In this document: one piece after another, positions 11,761 to 24,870 of the stretch | How positions within the stretch are numbered: the stretch's first letter is position 1 | How the letters are laid out: every line of letters starts with the position of its first letter | NCBI RefSeq assembly: GCF_001194135.2 | Contig: NC_068989.1 | Span: 27,467,511 to 27,531,510, forward strand | DNA from: Octopus bimaculoides | Lineage: Eukaryota | Reading direction: 5' to 3' | DNA: 64,000 nucleotides | Translations under genes and position numbers: made by a program | Notes under the pieces: generated by a model | Seen by the model: the letters and a program-made list of their open reading frames with translations, nothing else | Told to the model about the DNA's origin: nothing | The model's database searches: none

Positions 11761-14700
11761 TAAATAAAACATTCTGCATGATCAATGTGAAAGGAAATTT
11801 CACAGTAATGAAATCTCGATATGTCACAAGGGTTAAATCCAAATCAGACTATCTTTATTGCATAGTTCGATGATATTATTTTGCATGCTATGAATGACAA
11901 TATGCATACACACATACATTCATTTGTGCATATGTGCGGGCATGTGTGTGTGTTTGTGTATGTGCATGTGCGTATGCATGCGTGTGTGTGCATACATGTG
12001 TGTATGTCTGTTTGTCCCCGTGCAAGTGTGTGTATGGGGCTTTTCTTCTTTGGATTCAAATTTTCCTTTGCATACTTGAATTTATTCCTTAACAAAATAA
12101 CAAGGTTCCTTTGTTTAAATCCAAAATGCTCTGGAGTTCTCAGATATCTTAATTTTTTGGTTCCCAGGTGAAGGTCTTTGTATTGACAAATCTTTTTACT
12201 TGTTTCACTCAAGGGGGCGTACGTGTGTGCGTGTGTGTTTGTGTGTGTGTATGTGTGTACAAACCTCCATGTATGATAAATTGAAAATCATGTAGTGGAT
12301 GTGTATGTCACTGTCCTACACAATTGTATCCGTGATATGAGCGGTTTAGTGTGAGTACGTGTGTATATTTTGTATGTAGATGTTATTCCTTTCATGTGTT
12401 CAACCCAGATGCCACAAATGCTTTAAAATATTCATTGCACTCTTAATAGACTCTGATTGGAAAACGTTAATCAGATTCTTTTTCCCCCTTTAAAAAAATG
12501 TTTTTATCCATATAAGTATATTGCTAGCACGTCCAGTGAGGTTTTAGCTGAATTTTGCAATAGCGATAATGGAAAATTCCAAGTTGTGATGTAAAACATT
12601 TCAAATGAAATCCATTTGGAGTATCGGAAAGGTTGACGAATAAATGATACAGCTCGATAGATAAATGATTTGAGGATGAGTGAAGTTGAGGGTAACAATA
12701 AATTGGGGGTGAGAATGAAAATAATTCTGAGAGATCTCTAAGTACAAACTAGTCAAATTCAGGATATGATTATCTAAATAGCATGAGCGTGAGTCAGAAA
12801 TTTTATGTGACAAAATATATCAGAGCAAATTTGTATATAAATTCGACATGTATATAATCACTGAGCAACGTTTTTGGTGAACATATAGGTTGAAGTTATC
12901 TTTACCTTATAGCTTATAAAATTGTAATGGTAGGGTGGGCTATTTTTGGATAAAATGAGAAGTGTGCAAGAGTCTTAGTTTGATGGAAATGAGATCGCAT
13001 AGGGAGAGTGACTGATATCAGAGAAGTGGAGAACAGAGTTGTATAACCGACAAATGTGGAGTGGCAGCGGGCTGTGACGTTAATACCACTGACATTCAGG
13101 GATACATACGCGCGCGCTCTCAATCAGGTTACAAAGCCTAGTCGTAGCAGACAAACGATAATTAATGAAAACACTATTTGTGTGTGTGTATATAGGTATG
13201 TATGTATGTACGTATGTATGTATCTATGGAGGGATGTCACATGCTCTCACTCTCAAGACAAGGAATGATTAAGATGAAAAAGTTTACTCTATTAACATGT
13301 ATACGACATTACGCACATGAAAGGAAGTAACTTAATCCTACAACAAATATATTTGTGATTAAACCAAAATCATTCTTTTTTCATCCCTCCTTCTCTTTCT
13401 CTCTCTCTCACACACACTCCACACACATACGCATACGTCTTTCATATCACTCTCTTCCTCGCTCCGCTGAGGGTTAGCATTTAACGTTTGGGTTTCGTGT
13501 TACCACTTAGGATTATAATTTCGAGTTAGGGTAAGGATTACGTTTAAGCAGAAACTAAAAAGGGATTCAAAAGTTTTGAACTTGTGTACATTTTTTTATA
13601 TAATTGAACTTGTATGTTTGGAATATATTCTTAAAATATATTCTTAAAGAAAGAAAATTAAAAAGGTCTACAGGGTGTTCTTAGTTCGAAATTTTGCTTC
13701 TTTTTTTTCGAAATGGTTTTATATAAGTTAGATAAAGTGCTCAGTGACGTTACTGTTAATTCTCTGAATCATTAAATCGGGTACTCCAGCTAGTACAAAA
13801 TAAAATAGAATCTACAGAATAAAATCGTTAAGAATAGTAGAAAATACTGGAGGAGTTTTCGAACAAAAACTATATGTATAGATTTGAAAAGATCGAATGT
13901 CAAGCATTGACGTATTGAGAGAGATAAAAATGAATGCAAGCTCTGCATAATTGTACGTATATTGAAAACAAATTAGGAAGAGGGAAAGATAAACAGAGAA
14001 AACTACAAGTATGTGTGGAAAAACATGGCTTCATAGACTTTTTTAAACAGTACTTTAGTAAACAGCATTTTACAAAGGAACTGAGAAATTGTTTCTAAAT
14101 TTAAAAGAAGAATGTAGGTTAAGTAGCATAAAAACCTTGGAATTTCTAACAGTCCAAAATGGTGATGTAAATTACGTACTGAAATCTATAAATTTATTAG
14201 ACACATTTCTAACATCAACGGCAGCCATATCAAGATGATGGCATGCAAAACACCAATCTTATAACTAATGAACAGATTCTTTATTGTGTAAGAAATATTT
14301 TTTACTGAATCCAACTTCTAACTGGGCTTCATCTAGTTCATAGTTTCATGTTTTCAGATTTCCAAATGATTATTTCAACTCTATAACAAACTTTTTAGTC
14401 GTTCAAGGAATAGCATAGTCATTATTATAAACCTAGTCATAAATAAGTTAGGATATAAATAAGTTGTTCTATTTTTCTTAAACGTATCTAAAAGACCGAT
14501 CGATCAACTATAACATCCTTACAGTAGCTACGACTCGTTGCAACAAGAATCAAGCTACAAGCAACTTAAACTAAAAAAGCAAAAATCAATCACGCCACAA
14601 GCTTTCTTGAAGCACACATAAAGAAAAGAAATGCAGGCAGTCAAAAATAAATACCATGAAAAAATGCTACTAGTTAACCAGGCAAGCCACTGTGCATTTC

Positions 14701-15129
14701 TCAAACTATATGAACGTCATCTTCCTCAAATCAAATTGTATTTTCTTTAACATATCATGACACATACCGTAATAAAATAGTTTCAAATAAATTCGAAAGA
14801 GATCTCAACCGAGGTAATGATTTTGATCATAGACTTACTCGATCAAAAATTATTTGGGAGCAAATAATATCAGCAACACCTCAAATATTTACGAAAAGTT
14901 GTAACTCTTAAAGAACTGGGAAAGTATTATGCAATACTAAGCTTTAAATTCCAATATTACCGATGCTAAGGTGTATATTTTTCTTCACGCGGAACATTAA
15001 AGTAGATATAATAAACTGATGTTTCGACACACTAATTAAGTACCTTCACTAATAAAACTAATTCCACCAAGGAACATTTAGTAGAATAAGCTGATATCAA
15101 TGATTACGTAACCTTCTCGAAACTTTATG

Positions 15130-15830
15130 CCACTATGAAAATTTTTGAAATGAATATCTGAATTTGAAATATTTATGAGAATGATGATGATCACAAGAAA
15201 GGAAATAACGATCGTGGAGGGCGAGTTGGTGATTATGAAGACAACGACGAGGAAAGCGACGGATGAGAGTGAGGGTAGTGATGGTTGAGATGACAATTTT
15301 AAGGATCTCGTGATACTGGTGATTGTGATAAAGTTGATTTTGACAAACAAGCTGATAATGATGATGATGACGACGACGACCACGACGACGACGACGACGA
15401 CGACGACGACCACGACGACGACGATGATGATGATGACAACGACGATGATGATCTGTTGCTGATAGAAGGGAATATAAATAATAATTATGTCCTTGATGAT
15501 GATGCTTTTTCATGAAGATTACGATGATGTCGAGGGTGAAGGGAATGTTAAAGTTGATAAGAATAATGAATACACTAATAATATTATTGATGATATTGAT
15601 GCTAGTGATGTTCAAGGAGATGACGACTGCGATGATACAATGAAATAGCTAATGGTGGTGGCGGAGAAAGAGAAGGAATAGAAAAGTATAGATTGAATAT
15701 GGTAGGTGTTAGTCAATGATGATGCCAATACTGAAGTCGACAATCACATTGATGATAGCAACGATGATGATGATAATAGCGATTGCTATGATAATAATGA
15801 TGATGATGATGGTAACGGTGATAGTGGCGT
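15130..15830. repeat. (GAT)n/(GAC)n triplet-rich low-complexity tract
   Basis: Pure (GAC)n/(GAT)n core at ~15355-15450 with degenerate flanks. Confidence 0.85.
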
Positions 15831-17306
15831 ATTTTAAGTAGAGTAACGATCGAAAATAATCCTGTTAAATATCCTCAATTTTTACTTTTCGCGTTTCACA
15901 GACATTTACATCGTTCATTCTATGATCTAGTTTACTTTCGTTACATTTTCTATTTTTTCTCCTAAATCAATAGTTTGCTTTGAATTATTAGTGTGCACTG
16001 CAACCTTAGGCTTTCGGAATGTAAATAAGAAAACAGTATACGCTTTTAATATGTTGATTCTTCTCGTTCTCTAAGCCAGCTTTCTATAGATTGATAAAAA
16101 AATGTGAGAGTTAGATATTAAAATCTGCATTGAGTAACGTTCTTCTCGTGAAATAGGAATACGAAGACTAGTACAGTTTCTACTTATACCAGTTCAGTAA
16201 GTTTTATTGCTTGTGTTGCATGCAGGCACGTTCATACGTGTTTATATTACTAATTAGTCGTAGTTATGTTGTCTTTTATGATATCAAAGCATCAATCACC
16301 AACAGGCCTAGTGATGCGAAATCCAATCTATGCGAATCATATTAAAAGAAATTCTTCATAATTCGAGAGATAGTAAGTGGGAAGAACAAGGAAAAAGGAG
16401 GAATAGTGAAAAAAATAACTTTGGTCTTATTTGTAACAGCGACATATTAGTCGAATTAATATCAGATATTCTGTTCCGTCCATAAATTTTCAAACTATTT
16501 ACATAAGCAAGAAGTAGAAAATATTGCTGAATTAGAATGAGGTAATGAATATAGTCGGGTTACAGTGACCAATGATTATTTAATTTCTGTAAATAAGTAC
16601 GACCAACTCATACACTTGCCTTTTACAAGGATGTCATAAACATTGACAGGATGACTGGAAAAAAATATGTTCCAGAATGGTAATACGTCTACTTTACTCT
16701 TTCCCTTAACTCCATACCTGAAGATATCCTAGTTGCCGCATAATCGAACTTCAATGTTGAAAAATAGAGGCTAAGTAATACCATTTGTATTTAAAATTAC
16801 AAACGTGTGTCATTAGCAAGTGTGAGGGTAATATCATTGAATATTTTCATATTATATTTCTTATATGCATGTTTATAGTACAACGACTAGAAAGCAATCT
16901 ATTTCGGCGTACCTTACTTCTGTAGTTGCTTCTAGATTTTCTATAGATTCTTTTTTGGTAAAAATTTATCATATCTATCCAAGACAAAGATAGCCGCCAT
17001 ATTTCCAGTAAAACCGATCGAGGACTATAATAGCCAATATACCTCGCAGTTACAATAAAGTAGTGTCTCATTCACAGGAAATATTGAACTGGAAAGTAGA
17101 AGAAAATCGTTAGAAAGTTGAAATAAAAGATTTGAATTTAATGAGACCCTTTCGAATTTTGCCGTTACTATCTTACCTTTCATTATTCAGCAACCTATGA
17201 ATTATTGTGCCAGTCAAATACTGAGTTCAAAATGTCTAGTCACCACCTCCCTGCAAAATTGCCTTCTTCAGGAAAATTTATTATAAAATACGAGTATTTT
17301 AGAACA

Positions 17307-17366
<60 letters not shown>

Positions 17367-18475
17367 NNNNNNNNNNNNNNNNNNNNNNNNNNNNNNNNNN
17401 NNNNNNNNNNNNNNNNNNNNNNNNNNNNNNNNNNNNNNNNNNNNNNNNNNNNNNNNNNNNNNNNNNNNNNNNNNNNNNNNNNNNNNNNNNNNNNNNNNNN
17501 NNNNNNNNNNNNNNNNNNNNNNNNNNNNNNNNNNNNNNNNNNNNNNNNNNNNNNNNNNNNNNNNNNNNNNNNNNNNNNNNNNNNNNNNNNNNNNNNNNNN
17601 NNNNNNNNNNNNNNNNNNNNNNNNNNNNNNNNNNNNNNNNNNNNNNNNNNNNNNNNNNNNNNNNNNNNNNNNNNNNNNNNNNNNNNNNNNNNNNNNNNNN
17701 NNNNNNNNNNNNNNNNNNNNNNNNNNNNNNNNNNNNNNNNNNNNNNNNNNNNNNNNNNNNGTGAGGGTGTGTGTGTGTGTGAGAGAGAGAGTGTGTGTGT
17801 GTGTGTGTGAAAGTATGTATGTACATGACTAGAGTTCCATCATTATACTAGTTTAATGGTAGGACAGTTTTAATGCTGATAGAAAACATGGATTTGCCTC
17901 CCAAATGCTGCCTTCCAATTTTCCGTCCAACGGTTTCTTTTAACCCAATATTTATATACTACTATTTATTCATTTATTCTTAAGTGTCCAACCGTTAAAG
18001 ACTATATACATATCTGTGCGTGTGTATTTGTGTATTAATGTTTGTTTCTATGTCAAAACAATTTCAGATTAAACTGAAAGATTTCTCAGTACATTTCTAG
18101 AAGGAAAGCAAGTGAAAACTTCATAGTCACTGTCAACCTTTTATTAGCGAAAATTTAATATATATCTATATGTCTGTATGTCGTGCAAGTAAGTACTATA
18201 TGTGTGTACAATTGATATAAGTGTGAGTGTGAGTGTGAGTGTGTGAGTCTGAATATATTTATATGCATATATACATGCATATGCGTGTATCTATGTTTTT
18301 TATGCGTACATGTGTGTGTGTGAATACGTGTGTTCCCGTATGTATGTGACAGTTAGCGCGTATGTATTTGTGCGTCTGTGTAATCTGAGAACTGAAATAG
18401 ATAACTAGCTATACTTGTGTTTACTACTTCACGATCATTTTAGTTTAGCCAAACACATACACACACGTGCATATA

Positions 18476-18512
<37 letters not shown>

Positions 18513-18843
18513 AGCTCATGCTTTCTCCTGTATGCCACAAGGTACAGAGAAATAAGAAGATATATCATAATCGAAATGCGCGAAACTGAGTTTAAAGAAC
18601 GAGTTACCGTTTGAGAAATCACTTAATGATGTATATCTGAATCGAATGATGCACTACAACTAATCGTAAAGAATGTCACCCACGGGGGAGCGATGAAAGA
18701 TATATCGAAATAATCGTATTTATTAATAACGTATCTCGCGAATTCCATTTTGTTTATTTCTCTGTCACTCACATGTTATAAGCATCCGAGACACGCAGGA
18801 ATTCCTGAACTAAATCCTGTCGCACTTATATCCATACTACTGA

Positions 18844-18860
18844 TGACGTCAGATTTGCAT
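18844..18860. promoter_or_regulatory. Adjacent perfect CRE (TGACGTCA) and octamer (ATTTGCAT) motifs
   Basis: TGACGTCA at 18844-18851, one G, then ATTTGCAT at 18853-18860. Motif match only. Confidence 0.25.
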
Positions 18861-19396
18861 ATCCATGGGTATACCATATACGACCACATTCATGTAACCC
18901 GTGCATATACGGACATATTCATAAACTTAAATGTACTTGTGCATGCACACACAAATATACACATGCTTATATATAAGATATATATGTACATGATATATTA
19001 TACCTGTGCACACCGGAATGCAGTTACTTTTTATACTTATGCACGCCGGTATGCAGTTCCAGATCCAACATAGAGAAAATTCGGGGTGTGTTGTTTATAT
19101 AAAATAAGGATACAAATGTGTTAAAGAAATCATTTAATGTGATATTGTCCGTTGGTTGTTTTATAACCCACAGGCATACGAAATCTGGCTAAACTTCGGT
19201 ATGTCTTCACTCCCTAATTTTTTGGCGAAATGACAGGGTCCCACCAAATTTCATATCTTGGTATTTTTTCTCCGAACCAAGCTTTAAATTTTTAATTCAC
19301 CTGAAGAAAAAAAGGGGTTTTTTTTACATGATGTAATCGCAATGAAGATCGGATCTCAATCAGCTGTTGTGAACCTTTAACCCTTTTGTGTTCATA

Positions 19397-19475
<79 letters not shown>

Positions 19476-20076
19476 GTGTGTGTGTTTGTGTGTGCGTGTC
19501 TCTGTGTGTGCCTGCGTGTTTGTATGTATGCATGCATGTATGTTTTTGTATGGACGTTTAGGTAGAGATAACTGTATACAGATGAAATATATATACATAT
19601 ACATATATGAAAAATACATACTCATGCTATTACACACAGAAACATATATATGGAAGGATGTACACAAACTGATGGTAAGTTACATATACTTAAATATTCC
19701 GCCTTCTGTATTGATGTAAATTGGATTCACCAAATGGAACGGTTCAAAATGATGAAAAGTAAAAGGATAAGAAAGCAATATTCATATGAATATAGTGAAA
19801 AAGATTAATGAGATACAACATTTCATAGTGAACACTTAAAGCATACAATTGGAGTGTAAATCTGGAAAGACATCTTACGAATACATATATTGTTTAAAAA
19901 TGGAAATAGCTAAGTAATCGAAGCAATTTCCTTGATGTTCGTCTTCAGAAAATTGTTCTCCATGAAAGTAATATTGTTTATTCCGTACTTGAGATCATAA
20001 ATAAATAATGCATACGGTATTCACATTAACAACAAAGCATTTTCTTCAACTCTACATACACAGATACATACATTAC

Positions 20077-20113
<37 letters not shown>

Positions 20114-20333
20114 CATACATACATACATACATACATACATAGGATATTAATATATATGCACTTATATATACATGTATATATATAAATATATATGCATATA
20201 TATATATATATATGCACTTATACACACACACACACACACACACACACGTATATATATATATATATAAATATATAAATATATATATATATATATATAATAA
20301 ATTATATGGTTAACTTAGCAATTTGACAAAATT

Positions 20334-20990
20334 AATAGAGGTCATAAAAGTAACGGAGGGTACTGATCAGCACCAGCTATTGCTAGAGACGAGTGTTAAA
20401 ATAACGCAAAAGCCATAATGCACTGTACTTAATGATTGCCTAAGCGGGGTAAGTCCCCAGCGTATATAGCCGCATGGAACGCTCTCAGATTTTGATGCAT
20501 AGCATTTTAATCCTCGTCAACGAATCTTGACGTCTAGGTTCAAACTCAACTACCGCTGTCTATCTTATAAGAAAAACTGTTGAAAACCTGTTCTGATTTT
20601 CAAGGCGGTGAAAGTGTTAAAACAGATTGGATAGGCGGCTTATTACCAATTTAAACCTAAAGGTAAAACTAATAGAGGTCACAAAATGACGGACGGTACT
20701 GACCAGCTCGAGCTATTGCTAGAAACAGGAGCTAAAATAACTAAAAAGCACTGTACCTAATGACTCACAAAGGGAAGTAAGTACCCAGCGTATATAGCGG
20801 GATCAACTGATTTTGGATTTTGATACATAGCATCTGACACTTTTACTGCTTTGAAAATCTGAATAGGTTTTTAACGGTTTTTCCTATTAGAGTGGCAGAG
20901 GTAGTTGAGTTTTATGCTAGGCGTTAATAGTTGCTGACGAGGATTAAGATGTTATGCATCAAAATCCGAAATCGTTCGGTCCTCCTCCTC
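20334..20990. mobile_element. PLE-type terminal-repeat cluster: two ~165-bp direct repeats plus an inverted copy carrying hammerhead-like cores
   Basis: 20334-20504 is similar to 20670-20834. 20488-20520 is the reverse complement of 20934-20966. Confidence 0.6.
20934..20981 (+). ncRNA. Type I hammerhead ribozyme-like core
   Basis: CTGACGA; stem II GGATT-AA-GATG/CATC-AA-AATCC; GAAA; stem III TCG-TT-CG-G; cleavage triplet GTC. Stem I does not pair in this copy. Confidence 0.55.
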
Positions 20991-20999
20991 GCTATTTAA

Positions 21000-21430
21000 T
21001 GACACTTCTATTGCTCATATTAGGTGAGAATAATAGTAGGCATAGTGACGGTGAAGGCGGTGGTGAAGACAGACAGAGAGAGAAAGAAAAAGAGAGGGAG
21101 AGAAAGAGGGACAAAGTAATTTAGGGAGTGTTGATGATGTTTTATTAAAAGTAGTGGTGTTGATGGTGGCAGTGGGTGTAATAATAAGAGAGAGAAAGAG
21201 TGGGTATGTGAGAGAAAGAAGGACTGAACACTGAACTGACATTATATTCTTTTACGCACACATTTATCCTTTTGATGATAATGGGGTGATGATAGTATAA
21301 GCTGTAGTTGGGATAGAGGCAGTGGTAGCCGAGGCGGTCAGGGATGCCAGTGAGAGGAAGGGATGTGAAATACAGTGGTGATGATGAAGGAGGGGAAGTC
21401 AAAGGTAGATGATGATGATGGTGTCAGATG
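21000..21430. repeat. Purine-rich (GGT/GAT/GA) low-complexity tract
   Basis: Degenerate triplet and dinucleotide repeats. Confidence 0.6.
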
Positions 21431-21900
21431 TCTGAAAGGTGTTTGTATTGCAGATGTGGTGGCGATGGTGGTAGTACTGTTGTTTCTCATGCAGCTTTGC
21501 AATAAGTTCCAAGTCGACAAATCATATCATTGTTTTGACAAAAATTGTTCAATGCTTGAAAAATATTGTTCAACTTTAAATAAAATTTAATATGTAGTCA
21601 ATGCATGAAGTGCCATTTTGGGGCCCAATATCTAATGAAGAGCCCTCTGCATAAGCTACCTTAAATGCCGTCCGCTAGGGCGACTTTATATATATACATT
21701 GAGTCATCCCGTAAATAATGCAGGTTATTTACACTTATTTGTAAAAATCAAGATGAACAAACTTCTTTTTGAATGTCATTTATACTCTCCTTCATTTTCT
21801 GCAATGCTTTTTCATCTATCTGATAGACTTGCAAGACAAGTCGTCCAAACGTCACTTGTCCCTGAGGAAAAATTCACTCCATAAAATTCACTCTATAATT

Positions 21901-21965
21901 GCCCACGAGCATATGGCGTAGTGAGCTACTAACCCGAAGATTCCCAATTCGATTTCAGGCAGTGA

Positions 21966-22033
<68 letters not shown>
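21901..22033 (+). mobile_element. tRNA-derived SINE, family C (partially deleted head) with (AAT)n tail
   Basis: atggcgtagtg (A-box-like)..ctactaacc..ttcgatttcagg (B-box-like)..gacctg followed by (AAT)n to 22033. Confidence 0.7.
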
Positions 22034-22054
<21 letters not shown>

Positions 22055-22959
22055 GTTTACGTTTGGTTTCTGAAATTTTGAATTTTCAATCAACTTCAAT
22101 CGACTCCAACCCCAAAAAATTCTGCCAAGAACTTGGCAAAGATATTTCTGGGGCTAAAGTTAACCTTTGTAGCACTCAGAATGCATATCGAGGAAGAATC
22201 TTAATATTCGTTACGATATTCAGAGGACGGGTTTCCATGTAGTTTTCGTCTACTCAGTTTCCTCATTAAGGCTTGTGCCAAAGCAGAAGCTATGATAAAC
22301 AAGTATTTGTCCGAGATGCCATGCAATGCGAATAAAACTGGAAGTCATGACAGCTATGCTTTCATGAAATATGGCGACTGTTGCTTTAATATAACTGATT
22401 GCTTCAATATTATTCCCTGAGAAGATCTCCTTCTTTTCTTTTATAGAGATATTAAAATTTCTGCTGCAACATTTACATAATGAACTTCTAAAATATAACA
22501 AGATTACTTTCTGCTAATGTACCAATTACACTGTAGGACCAAAACCAGTCATTATATCTATAAAATTTATAGAATTTCTTATCGAAGTTATTTTAGTAAA
22601 TATCGTGTGGCATTAAGACGTTGTCGTTATTATGGAGGCAATTCCCTTATTACAAGTACAATACAAATATAACGAAATTTATAATATTCTTGTTTCAATC
22701 GTTTGTCATATCCTTATAGAAAGAAGGCCAAATGTGTTTTGATAAATTCTTTACAACGAATATTTCAGCCGATATGTTTGTTTTAGTCTTTATTCATTAT
22801 TATATTTTATTGCAAAAGCAAACAAAAATTATTTTCAAGACACTAGACCTGTTAAATCTGAAAACAGACGATATAGAAAATCTGCAATATTGATTATAGC
22901 ACATACCATTTGACATTTAACAGTCCCGTCATATTGGATTCAAATTTTGCCATAAGGTC

Positions 22960-23152
22960 AGAAATTTCGGGGATTGCGATACGTCGATTATATCAACCTA
23001 TGTGCTTAACTGGTAGTTATTTATCGACCCCGAAAAGAATGAAAGGCAAAGTCGAGACCAAGGCGGCATTTACTCAAAAAGTAAAGATGGACGAAAAGTT
23101 GCTAAGCATTTTGTCCGGCGGGCTAACGATTCGGCCAGCTCACGGCCTTTCA
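22960..23152 (-). mobile_element. tRNA-derived SINE, family B
   Basis: atcgaccccgaaaagaatgaaaggcaaagtcgag..gctaagcattttgtccggcgggctaacgattcggccagctc matches family B in reverse. Confidence 0.85.
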
Positions 23153-23398
23153 TTTCTGTGATATTAACAGTATATGTTTGTTTTGTATTCTAATTATGAA
23201 TACCACGGCTATCAAATTTGCTTTTTCCTCATTTCCTTTCGATAAAGAAAGGTACCAGTCAATTACTGAGGTCAACTGTATCGGCTAAATACTTTGAAAA
23301 AAATTCTTACTATTATTGTTCTTTTTGTTGTTTTTGTTGTTGTTAATCGCGTTACATTTCTCTCCTCCAATTCTTCTCTTTCTTTTTTCATCTTCTAC

Positions 23399-23451
<53 letters not shown>

Positions 23452-24764
23452 GGATTTCATTTGTAATGTGACAAGACGTGTTTCAACATTCTTTTGTATC
23501 GCGATTGCTTTTCGAGATTTTTTCTCATTGGATAAATTTGCCTGAATCAGTTCGATTGGATTGTTTCAAAGAAAGCGGGCAGCTTTTGATTAAATTGTAT
23601 TTCACGTAAAATGGGCAGAATAGTTTTTCTTTTTCTCTTTCGTCATGGTAGCTAATACTCAAAACGAAACAGCGCAAGACAAACAGTAAACAACTGATAG
23701 TCTTGACAGCTACTCAGAAACACACACACTAACACAAAATTAAGATGAATATGGACAAAAATATCCTGTAATAAACCAAAGCAGCATTTTGAAACTGCAA
23801 ATTAATGAAGTATTCATGTTTTTTTTTTTCATGTGAATGAGAGTAGTTTGATGATTCAATAGCATACAGCTTCGCAAAATGTGTATTCCAAAAAAAATAT
23901 ATATATCTTGCCCAGAAATTGATATGTTAAACACTATCACTTTATCCGAGAAGTTACTTCAATTGAGAGCAGGAAGAAACTTATACTTCTTGCCTCCTGA
24001 AGAGAGTGATTTGAAAACGAATCGAGGCGGCAAGCAGACATAATGAAAGATAAATCCTCCCACAAGCAAGTTCCATAGTACAATGACCATCATAAAATGA
24101 GCTACTCTCAGAGGTCTTGCCAGCAACATTGGATTATAATTCTTTGTCATTTATGCGTTGATATATGGGCGGTTGACATGTGAAGATGTGTCGAAGTACT
24201 ATCACAAGTGGAGGGTCGATGTGAATTTGCTACCCAGGTAACTAATTATAATTACAAAACCAGTCCACAGTTGTTCCAGATTGTGTATGCAGAAACACGA
24301 ACGATGGAACTAGTCGGTGATGCAAAAAAGAGAGTGTAAGTGATAATCTTGTGCAAGCAAACGCCTTTTGAGGGAGTTTCTATATACAAGTAGCCAGTAG
24401 CGCTGTGAAAGAAATAGAGTAACTAACAGTATCGGAAACAACATCAAAACAGCTGATCGATGAGAGAGCAGTTCCGAAAGTACAACCAATCGGAGAGTAT
24501 TAGAGTAACAAGTCAATTTGGAGGAACAGGGAAGTAGAGAAGAAGAGAACAGCAAGATAAAGATAACAAGCTTATAATATACGCGAAGAAATCACCTCTC
24601 CACAGGATGACATAAAGTTAACCTTTTCTAACATTCAGCAACATGTACGTCAGGCTCAGGATTAATTGCCCAGAAAAGAGATTCAAATAAAAAATGTACG
24701 TAGTAAGGACAAAGGAGTGTTACCCACTGGACTTTGAATGAATCCCTTTCAAAATGGGCAGTAC

Positions 24765-24857
<93 letters not shown>

Positions 24858-24870
24858 CAGAGAGAAAGAT
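24765..24870. repeat. (GA)n microsatellite; similar tract at 43685-43890; (AAT)n at 23398-23450 and 28468-28568; many (TA)n, (CA)n and (TACA)n arrays
   Basis: Direct inspection. Confidence 0.97.

Noticed and set aside
15078-15615. His/Arg- or Val/Ile-rich ORFs
   Set aside because: These come from reading (GAT)n/(GAC)n triplet repeats, and stops occur in the flanking frames.
19170-19300. Strong minus-strand acceptor (ttttttcttcag) near 19300
   Set aside because: Stops occur in all frames within five codons and the donor is weak; this is within chance expectation.
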